A stretch of DNA of 24,000 nt from Aureispira sp. CCB-QB1 (GTDB lineage Bacteria; Bacteroidota; Bacteroidia; Chitinophagales; Saprospiraceae): contig CAMBRK010000043.1 of assembly GCA_945870185.1 (NCBI GenBank), forward strand, positions 660 through 24,659, given 5' to 3'. The translations under genes were made by a program, and so were the position numbers. The notes under the pieces were generated by a model. It saw only the letters and a list, made by a program, of their open reading frames with translations, made no database searches and had not been told where the DNA came from. Below are positions 16,829-24,000 of this stretch, one piece after another (the stretch's first letter is position 1; the number at the start of each line of letters is the position of its first letter).

Positions 16829-16937
16829 AAAGTAAATTAGATTGCAAAAATTCTTGATTTTAATTGTCACAACTTGTGCCGCTTTAGCGGTATTTTCAAT
16901 GGATTAAAATCATAATTTTTCGCAATCTAATTTCTTT
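16829..16937. other. Long imperfect hairpin / inverted-repeat element (~110 nt), function unknown
   Basis: AAAG-t-AAATTAGATTGCAAAAATT (16829-16852) pairs with AATTTTT-c-GCAATCTAATTT-CTTT (16914-16937). An inner GATTTTAAT (16856-16864) pairs with ATTAAAATC (16903-16911). The apical hairpin is CCGC-TTTA-GCGG (16879-16890). Confidence 0.6.
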
Positions 16938-16961
16938 TTACTATTAATAAGATGTACAAAA

Positions 16962-18284
16962 TTAATTGCAGTCCATATCTATTTTTGAAGTAGAGTCGTT
17001 GTTTGGAAAACACATACCAGAAAGTACCCTTGTAGGAACATATCTTTTTAAATCAGGGTCTCTCAATCCTTGGGTAAGAAATTCTGTCAAATCTTTGATC
17101 TCCTGCTCGGATAGGCCTAAAGGTTTGATAAATGTAGATAAATGGCTATCAGGCACTCTTTGATTTTCTTTGACGCCGTTATTAAAGTATCGGACTACGT
17201 CCTCTAGTGTTTGTTTGCTACCACCATGGAAATAAGGTCCACCACCATCACCTAGATTATATAATTGAGGTGTCCGGAATTTGAACATATCTTCTGCTTT
17301 TCCAGTAAAACCACCGCGGCCCATGTTACGTCTGTCTTCAGGGCCTGTTTTTAATCCTCCATGCTCATAGAGATCGTCTACACCCAATGCTTCAAATCTC
17401 ATCGAACCCAGATTTTTTTCAAAGTGACAACCTACACATCCTGCCTTACCAAAGAAAAGCACGGCGCCTTTTTTCTGTTGCTCTGTCATGGCAGATTCTT
17501 CGCCTTTTAGCCAAAGTTGGAAAGGAGCCTTATTAGTAATATTTTGTCTGAGATAAGCTGAAATGGCAAAACTGGCACCTTTTCGGGAATACCTTTCAGA
17601 TTCGGGCATATCCGGAAAAGCTTTGTCAAACATATCTTTATAGCCACCTTTTTCTATGATTTCCTTGGTATATTGCATTCTGTGGACTATGAGTCCTTCT
17701 ATGTTTTGGCCTTCAAGTGCTCCGAGTCTTTCGTGATTTCTGGCAGTACCCGGGTCGTGAATGCCCCACATCTGCTCTGTACCCACATTGTGGAAGTCTG
17801 ACCCAAAAGATCCATTCCACATGGTATTTTCCACATAGGCAACATTAAGCGTCACGAGTGGTCTTGCCCCTTGAGCATCGATATCCTTGTCACCATAAAA
17901 TGGACTCTTCAATCTTGATTCTCCTATGTGACCAAATCCATAGCCGCCATCAGCTACACCTTGCATTCTACCCGGACGAAATCCTGAATCCGGAACATGA
18001 CAGCTAGAACAAGTATAGGTAAACTTGTGCTCCGGTCTGAATGGTTCATTGGCAAAATAAGGTTCAAAAAATAACATTTTTCCTAATGCTATTTTATCTT
18101 TGGTCAATGGGTTGACTGGAGACTGAGGGATGGCATCATAGTCGGTTTCATCGGGTAAAATAAATTTGGACTTGTCACCAATGACCTGATAAAGCAGTTT
18201 GTCTGTTTCAGACAATGTTTCATGCGAGCAACTTAAAATAAATACCGCCAAAATTATGGCAATAATTGACATATAAATTTTCAT
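16962..18284 (-). CDS. Di-haem cytochrome c peroxidase (CCP/MauG family), lipoprotein
   Basis: Two haem-c motifs (CSSCH and CVGCH). FKFRTPQLYNLGDGGGPYFHGGS matches the conserved CCP C-terminal block. Signal with lipobox (AVFILSC). Confidence 0.9.
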   Translation of the reverse strand: MKIYMSIIAIILAVFILSCSHETLSETDKLLYQVIGDKSKFILPDETDYDAIPQSPVNPLTKDKIALGKMLFFEPYFANEPFRPEHKFTYTCSSCHVPDSGFRPGRMQGVADGGYGFGHIGESRLKSPFYGDKDIDAQGARPLVTLNVAYVENTMWNGSFGSDFHNVGTEQMWGIHDPGTARNHERLGALEGQNIEGLIVHRMQYTKEIIEKGGYKDMFDKAFPDMPESERYSRKGASFAISAYLRQNITNKAPFQLWLKGEESAMTEQQKKGAVLFFGKAGCVGCHFEKNLGSMRFEALGVDDLYEHGGLKTGPEDRRNMGRGGFTGKAEDMFKFRTPQLYNLGDGGGPYFHGGSKQTLEDVVRYFNNGVKENQRVPDSHLSTFIKPLGLSEQEIKDLTEFLTQGLRDPDLKRYVPTRVLSGMCFPNNDSTSKIDMDCN

Positions 18285-18322
18285 AAAAAATATCGAAATG
18301 TTTGAAAATCAAAAACAAAGTG

Positions 18323-18338
18323 CAAAATTACAAAAATA
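18323..18338 (-). promoter_or_regulatory. Two adjacent - strand TAnnTTTG boxes upstream of the peroxidase gene
   Basis: On the - strand, TAATTTTG (18330-18323) and TATTTTTG (18338-18331) lie 39-47 nt upstream of the ATG at 18284. Confidence 0.45.
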
Positions 18339-18557
18339 TTTTAACTAAAAATTATTTTGCTATCAATTTTACTTATAATGAATATATTTCTGAATATATT
18401 AAAAAATACATGTTAAAATATTATTTAATATGTTAAAATTCATATAAATTTGCGCTAAAATTGAGATTACCTCTTGATTTCTATTTTTTATTACCTTATC
18501 TTTATCGAAATTTTATTTTGGTTGTCAGAAGTCTCGACCAAAAAAGGCTAAGGCCCC

Positions 18558-18565
18558 TAGATTTG
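18558..18565 (+). promoter_or_regulatory. Bacteroidota -7 promoter box upstream of a 22-codon ORF
   Basis: TAGATTTG matches TAnnTTTG exactly, 13 nt upstream of the ATG at 18579. Another exact match (TAAATTTG) lies at 18445-18452. Confidence 0.45.
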
Positions 18566-18578
18566 TAAATTTTAACCC

Positions 18579-18647
18579 ATGATCATATTCACTATTGCCT
18601 TGATGATACTCATCATGTTTGGGGACAGAATTCTCAAAGAGGCGTAA
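18579..18647 (+). CDS. Candidate small hydrophobic peptide (22 aa, MIIFTIALMILIMFGDRILKEA)
   Basis: An ATG-to-TAA ORF read by hand, below the track's size cutoff. The first 14 residues are hydrophobic and the tail is charged. It is preceded by a -7 box and followed 7 nt later by a strong terminator. There is no homology evidence. Confidence 0.3.
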   Translation: MIIFTIALMILIMFGDRILKEA

Positions 18648-18653
18648 AACGGC

Positions 18654-18692
18654 AAAGGCAGATTTCTTCCCCCTGAGAGATCTGCCTTTTTT
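18654..18692 (+). terminator. Rho-independent terminator, + strand
   Basis: AAAGGCAGATTTCTT (18654-18668) pairs with GAGAGATCTGCCTTT (18675-18689): 15 bp including 2 G-U pairs, with a perfect outer 10 bp and a 6-nt C-rich loop, followed by a T-run extending to 18692. Confidence 0.75.
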
Positions 18693-18843
18693 ATTCGCAA
18701 AATACTCTTTATTTGAACAACTGCACGATTTTGATAAAAAACTGACCATTTTACGAGGATTAATTTCGTTTTTGGTCCTTTCGGCATACTTTTAGCTGTT
18801 TGTATTATTGTTTAAACCAATTATTATCATAAATTCAGGCACC

Positions 18844-21800
18844 ATGCTAAAATATATTTACTTATCATGTCTATTTTTCACAGCTTTTGCATTACAAGCT
18901 CAAGAACTTAAGTGGATTTATAAAATCGGAGGTACTACTGCAGAATATGGTACTGGTGTGGCAGTAGATAGAGATCAGAATTTATATGACATTACCAATT
19001 TTATGGGTACAGTCTCTGTGGCACCTATGGTCACTTTTACTTCCAAAGGTGAAGAAGATGTGCTCATCAGAAAAAGTACATCCTTAGGTATTTTACAGTG
19101 GTTCAGACAGTTGAGTAGTAAATATCAGGTTTTAGCCAATGATGTTGCTGTGGATAATCAGAATAACGTATACGTCACAGGAACCTTTCAGGATTCTCTT
19201 TTTATGGGTACTAATTTTTTAATGGATGGTCAAGGACTCCAGACTTTTTCATTTTTGATCAAGCTCAATCCTTCAGGAAATCTTTTGTGGGCTAGAAAAT
19301 ATTCATCTACTATCTCCGTCACGGCTAGGTCGTTGACCGTGGATGCACCCGAAGATCTTATACTTTCAGGTACTTTTGAAGGTAATGCTTTTTTTGGGTC
19401 AGGATTTCCTGGTTTTAGCAGTGGTGCCAACGATATTTTTATTTTGAAAATTAATGGGCTTACTGGAAATCCAACATTCGTCAGAAGAGTAGGAGGTATA
19501 GACCATGAGTATGTCCAAAGTCATGCTGTCGACGCAGGTGGGAATATTTACTTGACCGGGGATTTTAGGGCAGAAATGGATGTAGACCCTAGTGCTACAG
19601 TAGTAAATGTCAGACCAATAGGCCTTACTGATATCTTTCTGATTAAACTTTCTCCTGCTGGCAATTATTTATGGCATAAGGCTTACGGCAGTGTTGGAGT
19701 AGATTATGGGCAGGCTGTTACCGTCGATTTTGAAAATAATGTAGTACTTACAGGAAGATTTTCGGACAATATAAGTTTCGGTTCTGTATCTAATGCGCGC
19801 ACTTCAAAAGGTGGCACAGACATTTTTCTCATCAAAATAAACCCTGCAGGCAATACGATTTGGGTTAATACTTACGGTGATAGTCAAAATGACTCCGGTA
19901 TGCACTTAACAACTAACGGGAATGGTATTATTTATTTTGCAGGGACTTTTAGAGGAAGAGTAGATTTCGATCCATCCAATTTTAGTACCAATACAGACTC
20001 TAAAGGAGGAGCTGATGTCATCATCGCACTTTATAATCAAGATGGTACTTACAATGATCATTTTACGCTTGGGGGCATCGCAAACGAACAAATTGGTGGT
20101 ATCAGTTTGAAAAGTAATGGAGAATTAATATCTACAGGAGGATTTGGGGCTATAGTTGATTTTGATCCGTCGAGTAATGAAGTCAATATTTTTAGTAATG
20201 GTGGCCTAGATGCATTCCTATGGAATACTTTTGTATGTGTCAATCCTTATCTCAAAACGCTCAAGGCTGAAAAGTCTATATTGTGTCCTGGAGAAAAAGT
20301 CTTGATACAAGTAGAAGAAGGATATCTCAATGACGCCACTCAATGGTCATGGCAAAGAAATTCTTGCAATAACATCACCTTTGCCAGTGGAGATTTTCTA
20401 AATGTAGATGTCAAAGTCAATACCACGTTTTTTGCAAAGGGATTTGGAGGTTGTGTAGTAAACGATGAATGCAAAAGTATTGAAATAAAAGTTTTTAAGG
20501 ATAGCTTGATTTATCAAGATATTTCAATTTGTCAGGGCGATACATTGAGAGTAGGAACTAGTACCTATACATCCAATGGTGCATACATAGATACTTTATC
20601 ATCAGTTTCAGGTTGTGATAGTGTTGTTTTTACGGAAATTACTGTTTTGCCAACATACAGATTAACTCAAAATGTGAGCATTTGTAATGGCGATACCGTA
20701 AAGGTGGGAAGTTTTAAATATACATTGGCAGGTACGTATGTAGCGCCTTTGCAAACAAAGCAAGGATGCGATAGTATCGTGACCACCGTATTGAATGTAT
20801 TGCCATCTATGATTGAGAATGCAGAAGGAATTATTTGTAAAGGTGATTCTATTACTTTCAATAACATCCAATACAAACAAGCAGGCGTTTACATTCAATC
20901 TTCTACCGGTGCCAATGGTTGTACAGACCTGTTGATTATCACCATAAAAGTACTGGAAACAGCATTTAATGCTAATGTCAGCATATGTTTGGGTGATAGC
21001 CTTAAAGTAGGTAATAGTATATACAAAACGCCAGGAACATACACGGACAGATTAATTTCTACCAAAGGGTGTGATAGCATCATGACTACCGTTTTATCAG
21101 TATTTAATACAAGTACTTTTAACCAACAATTGACTATTTGCCAAGGCGATAGTATCAAAATAGGTAAAAATGTTTATAAGAATGCTGGCTTTTATACGGA
21201 TACCTTGGTCAATACTAAGGGTTGTGATAGTTTATTACTTACTAGATTGTTGGTCTTAGATTTGCCAACGCCAAAAGTTCAGAATGTTGCCATTTGTGAA
21301 GGAGATAGTCTTAAAGTTGGGATAAAATTTTATAAAATATCAGGACAGTACGTAGATACATTGGCCAATATCAATGGATGTGACAGTATAATAACGACAA
21401 ATCTTACTGTCTTTAAGAAAATATTTATCCTAGACCGTACGATATGTGAGGGCCAGTCTGTAAAGATAGGTAATCAAACATTTACGAAGACGGGCATATT
21501 TGCAGTCCAACTAAAAAATATAAATGGATGTGACAGTATTGTCCAACTTATATTGGAGGTAAATCCCAAAAAATCTACTAATCAACAGTTTAAAATTTGC
21601 ATAGGCGAGTCCATAAAAGTAGGCACAAAACTCTACGGTAAAGAAGGTACCTATAAAGATACGCTCCTGACAAAATTTGGATGTGATAGTGTGATCACCA
21701 CTAAAATTGTATTCAATATTTCAATCAAAAATCTTACATACGATCTCTGCCAGGGAGAGTCTGTCACGATCAATAATAAGAAATATACCATGACCGGAAT

Positions 21801-22485
21801 CTACCGAGATACGATCAAAAAAATAGACGGGTGCGATAGTGTATTGAATATCAGTCTGAAAGTGAACCCAAAATACACTATTGATACTATCTTTGAAATA
21901 TGTAAAGGTGGAAGTATCAAGGTCGGAAACAGCATTTATTTTAATGTGGGCAAATACACTGAATATTTGATCAGTTCCAAAGGTTGTGATAGTCTCATCA
22001 ATTTTGAAGTTAGAATTGTCAATTTCATTCCCATATTTTCAGTTTCAAGAGATACCCTTAAGACTTTTAAAGTGGATGGCGCACAGTATCAATGGTATAT
22101 ATGCCAAGGAAATGAAAAAATACCCATTTTTGGCGCTGTCAAATCGGAATTTGCCCCGATGATCTCAGGTCGATATAGTATAGGTATAACTTTTAAAGGT
22201 TGTACTTATCTCAGTGATTGTATGTCTTTCACTTTATCTTCAACTGATGATGGATCTGATGTTTCATATCAAATATTTCCAAACCCAGCCATAGATGTTC
22301 TCAATGTAAATGCTATCGACGATGGTCAATTAAAGGTCGTCTCCACAACGGGTATGGTTATATTGACCAAAGATATTTCTCCAGGAATACACCATTTGGA
22401 TATTTCTTTGTTATCTTCGGGTACTTATTTTATAGTGATACAGTCCAAACAAAATATCTTTAGAAAAACTTTTATTAAACTTTAA
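18844..22485 (+). CDS. Large T9SS-secreted surface protein: SBBP-type beta-propeller repeats + 10 tandem 51-aa two-Cys repeats + Por/T9SS type-A C-terminal sorting domain
   Basis: I prefer the ATG at 18844 (MLKYIYLSCLFFTAFALQAQ signal) to the track's TTG at 18808. There are ~7 SBBP-like blades (e.g. YGTGVAVDRDQNLY, NDVAVDNQNNVYVTGTF, HAVDAGGNIYLTGDF...DVDPS). The repeats have the form C.GDS..VG...Y...G.Y.DTL....GCDS...T.L.V. The C-terminus YQIFPNPAIDVLNV...GTYFIVIQ....FRKTFIKL fits the T9SS CTD pattern. Confidence 0.9.
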   Translation: MLKYIYLSCLFFTAFALQAQELKWIYKIGGTTAEYGTGVAVDRDQNLYDITNFMGTVSVAPMVTFTSKGEEDVLIRKSTSLGILQWFRQLSSKYQVLANDVAVDNQNNVYVTGTFQDSLFMGTNFLMDGQGLQTFSFLIKLNPSGNLLWARKYSSTISVTARSLTVDAPEDLILSGTFEGNAFFGSGFPGFSSGANDIFILKINGLTGNPTFVRRVGGIDHEYVQSHAVDAGGNIYLTGDFRAEMDVDPSATVVNVRPIGLTDIFLIKLSPAGNYLWHKAYGSVGVDYGQAVTVDFENNVVLTGRFSDNISFGSVSNARTSKGGTDIFLIKINPAGNTIWVNTYGDSQNDSGMHLTTNGNGIIYFAGTFRGRVDFDPSNFSTNTDSKGGADVIIALYNQDGTYNDHFTLGGIANEQIGGISLKSNGELISTGGFGAIVDFDPSSNEVNIFSNGGLDAFLWNTFVCVNPYLKTLKAEKSILCPGEKVLIQVEEGYLNDATQWSWQRNSCNNITFASGDFLNVDVKVNTTFFAKGFGGCVVNDECKSIEIKVFKDSLIYQDISICQGDTLRVGTSTYTSNGAYIDTLSSVSGCDSVVFTEITVLPTYRLTQNVSICNGDTVKVGSFKYTLAGTYVAPLQTKQGCDSIVTTVLNVLPSMIENAEGIICKGDSITFNNIQYKQAGVYIQSSTGANGCTDLLIITIKVLETAFNANVSICLGDSLKVGNSIYKTPGTYTDRLISTKGCDSIMTTVLSVFNTSTFNQQLTICQGDSIKIGKNVYKNAGFYTDTLVNTKGCDSLLLTRLLVLDLPTPKVQNVAICEGDSLKVGIKFYKISGQYVDTLANINGCDSIITTNLTVFKKIFILDRTICEGQSVKIGNQTFTKTGIFAVQLKNINGCDSIVQLILEVNPKKSTNQQFKICIGESIKVGTKLYGKEGTYKDTLLTKFGCDSVITTKIVFNISIKNLTYDLCQGESVTINNKKYTMTGIYRDTIKKIDGCDSVLNISLKVNPKYTIDTIFEICKGGSIKVGNSIYFNVGKYTEYLISSKGCDSLINFEVRIVNFIPIFSVSRDTLKTFKVDGAQYQWYICQGNEKIPIFGAVKSEFAPMISGRYSIGITFKGCTYLSDCMSFTLSSTDDGSDVSYQIFPNPAIDVLNVNAIDDGQLKVVSTTGMVILTKDISPGIHHLDISLLSSGTYFIVIQSKQNIFRKTFIKL
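20521..22026 (+). repeat. In-frame tandem array, 10 x 153 bp (51 codons)
   Basis: The first-Cys codons of successive units are 153 nt apart (e.g. TGT at 20530 and 20683). The units are divergent at DNA level but conserve the C.GDS / GCDS skeleton. Confidence 0.85.
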
Positions 22486-22530
22486 CTGTAGTACTCCTAA
22501 TTAATTCATTTTGGAGTGCATATCAGTAGT

Positions 22531-23250
22531 ATGAGTGAAGTATTTAGGTTTAAGCAGTTTGTAGTGCAACAAGACTTGTGTAGTATGAAGGTAAATACTG
22601 ACGGTATATTGTTGGGCGCTTGGTCCAGTGTCGAGTCAAAGGTCAATGCATTAGATATTGGAACAGGAACAGGATTGATTGCTCTTATTTTGGCCCAAAG
22701 ATCGCTCAGTTTGAACGTGGACGCTGTTGAAATTGATCAAGCTAGTAGCCAACAAGCAGCAGAAAATGCAAAAAATAGTATTTTTAATGATCGGGTAAGG
22801 ATCATTCATGATAGTATTCAACATTTTTCTCAACAAAACACGACGCCATATGATCTCATCATAAGCAATCCACCTTTTTTCAGTGGTGGAACTTTTTCTA
22901 TTAATGAAAATAAGGCCAATGTAAGGCATACCATAAAGCTTTCACATGCTGATTTACTGTTCTCTATTCAAAAACTGATGGCCAAAGATGGTCATTTTGA
23001 TATGATTCTGCCTTATATAGAAGGATTACGATTTATAGAATTGGCAGCAAAATATGATTTTTATCCGGAGCACATTACTGAAGTATTGCCTAAGAAAGGT
23101 CGACCTATAGAACGATTGCTTTTACGTTTTGCCAATAAGTTTCAGAGTAATGTCAAAAAAGATATGATTGTAATTCGTAATAGCGACGATCCTAAAGACT
23201 ACACTGATGCATTCACAGAATTGACTAAAGCATTTTATTTATTTATGTAA
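22531..23250 (+). CDS. tRNA1(Val) (adenine37-N6)-methyltransferase (TrmN6/YfiC-like)
   Basis: FRFKQF.V.Q....MKVNTDGILLGAW, DIGTGTGLIAL (SAM motif I) and ISNPPFF (motif IV). The ATG at 22531 is preferred to the track's GTG at 22516. Confidence 0.85.
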   Translation: MSEVFRFKQFVVQQDLCSMKVNTDGILLGAWSSVESKVNALDIGTGTGLIALILAQRSLSLNVDAVEIDQASSQQAAENAKNSIFNDRVRIIHDSIQHFSQQNTTPYDLIISNPPFFSGGTFSINENKANVRHTIKLSHADLLFSIQKLMAKDGHFDMILPYIEGLRFIELAAKYDFYPEHITEVLPKKGRPIERLLLRFANKFQSNVKKDMIVIRNSDDPKDYTDAFTELTKAFYLFM

Positions 23251-23366
23251 ATTTTGGACTAATTTAAGTGACTTTCTAAAAAAGAGTCTTCCATATTCGT
23301 AAATTTTAATCATTTTGTTTCATTTTTACCCTTTTAATGGATTTCTTAAAATAGTAGATAAAATTA

Positions 23367-24000
23367 ATGATTGAAAACCATATTACAAAATCAGAATTAG
23401 ACAAAAAAATAATTCAACTTTTTGAGTATAGATTGTTTCCTGAACTGATTCGTCTTGGTCAACCTTCCGAAAAGGAATTCAATGGGTGTTGGCAAAACTT
23501 ATTGTCTTTACAAGCTTCAATTTACTATCTGGATGCTCATCTCGAAGCACATTGGAATACTGACAATGAAGTACTGGAGTGGCATTGGAATCATATGATT
23601 CAACATTTAGCTTTATTTGGTATCGCACAGTCAGAAAGTCAAAAATACCTCAATCATATCAAGAAGTATGAAAAGCATGAATTGGAACTTCGGAAAGGAA
23701 AAATGCCTATGAGACTTGACATGGAGTATTTTTACTATTATAAATCATGTGATGTAAAGCTGCTGAGAAGGCTCATTTATGAAACATATAACCTTTCTAG
23801 TACTTGTGGATCGCTGGCCGAGTGGAGATATTATGACTTAATCACTGAGGTCAATGATGATGTTGATGATCTAATGGAAGATCTAGATTTTTATAATGGC
23901 AATAGATTTTTATTGTCTATATTAACCAAAGGAAAATTAAATACTAAAAATGAGTTCGACGTCTTTATTCACAACATAAAATCTAAAGCTGAAGAAAGGG
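23367..24000 (+). CDS. Hypothetical protein, 5' part (open to the window end); not in the supplied ORF track
   Basis: I translated this by hand from the ATG at 23367: 211 codons with no stop, up to the window edge (MIENHITKSELDKKIIQLFEYRLFPELIRLG...EVNDDVDDLMEDLDFYNGNRFLLSIL...). The preceding in-frame stop is at 23355-23357. An open frame this long is unlikely by chance in AT-rich DNA. Confidence 0.7.
   Translation, partial: MIENHITKSELDKKIIQLFEYRLFPELIRLGQPSEKEFNGCWQNLLSLQASIYYLDAHLEAHWNTDNEVLEWHWNHMIQHLALFGIAQSESQKYLNHIKKYEKHELELRKGKMPMRLDMEYFYYYKSCDVKLLRRLIYETYNLSSTCGSLAEWRYYDLITEVNDDVDDLMEDLDFYNGNRFLLSILTKGKLNTKNEFDVFIHNIKSKAEER

Noticed and set aside
18445-18692. Known housekeeping ncRNA (SRP RNA, RNase P RNA, tmRNA, 6S) or riboswitch ending at the 18654-18692 terminator
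   Set aside because: I could not find any of the conserved cores I know, such as the RNase P GAGGAAAGTCC, a tmRNA tRNA-like 3' end, or the SRP GGAA/AGCA motifs. No tRNA-like T-arm (GGTTCGAATCC-type) occurs in any intergenic region of the window.
18525-18787. Two overlapping - strand track ORFs (74 and 71 aa) in the 18285-18843 spacer
   Set aside because: Both read through the strong + strand terminator hairpin. They have no signal or domain features and lack a TAnnTTTG box in suitable position. The region is better explained by the + strand promoter / mini-ORF / terminator unit.
18808-18843. TTG start proposed by the ORF track for the large T9SS protein, and the GTG at 22516 for the methyltransferase
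   Set aside because: The downstream ATGs (18844 and 22531) give a canonical signal peptide and the conserved N-terminus FRFKQF, respectively. The extra N-terminal residues (MFKPIIIINSGT, MHISS) have no support.
22486-22530. Hairpin GTACTCC...GGAGTGC after the T9SS gene as a terminator
   Set aside because: It has a 15-nt loop, one G-U pair, and no following T-run. It also overlaps the start region of the next gene, so the support is too weak.

Overview
AT-rich Bacteroidota-type chromosomal window, judged from a SusD-like gene, a T9SS C-terminal sorting domain, many lipoprotein signal peptides and TAnnTTTG -7 promoter boxes. There are three transcriptional blocks. (i) + strand, 2-13415: the tail of a SusC/SusD-type glycan locus (SusD fragment, FG-GAP/ASPIC protein); a tightly packed PhyH-type dioxygenase / GH20 hexosaminidase / CBM9-like trio; a RAYT (IS200-like HUH-Y1 transposase) bracketed by hairpin REP-like repeats; a GHL10-like TIM-barrel protein; and an LRR + thrombospondin-type-3-repeat protein. 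(ii) - strand, 13572-18284: a small lipoprotein, an MFS transporter, a GH53 galactanase, a DUF3817 membrane protein and a di-haem cytochrome c peroxidase. (iii) + strand, 18844-24000: a ~1200-aa SBBP-propeller / Cys-repeat T9SS protein, a TrmN6/YfiC-like tRNA methyltransferase, and an open-ended ORF missing from the supplied track. I found no rRNA, tRNA, CRISPR array or recognisable defence/toxin-antitoxin module, and no convincing multi-gene novel system. The items most worth a second look are: the RAYT with its REP/REPIN-like repeats, apparently inserted into a glycan gene string; a self-contained promoter / 22-codon hydrophobic ORF / terminator unit in the long 18285-18843 spacer; a ~110-nt long hairpin downstream of the peroxidase gene; and two large repeat-built surface proteins. 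All family assignments come from motif recognition by eye; no searches were run.
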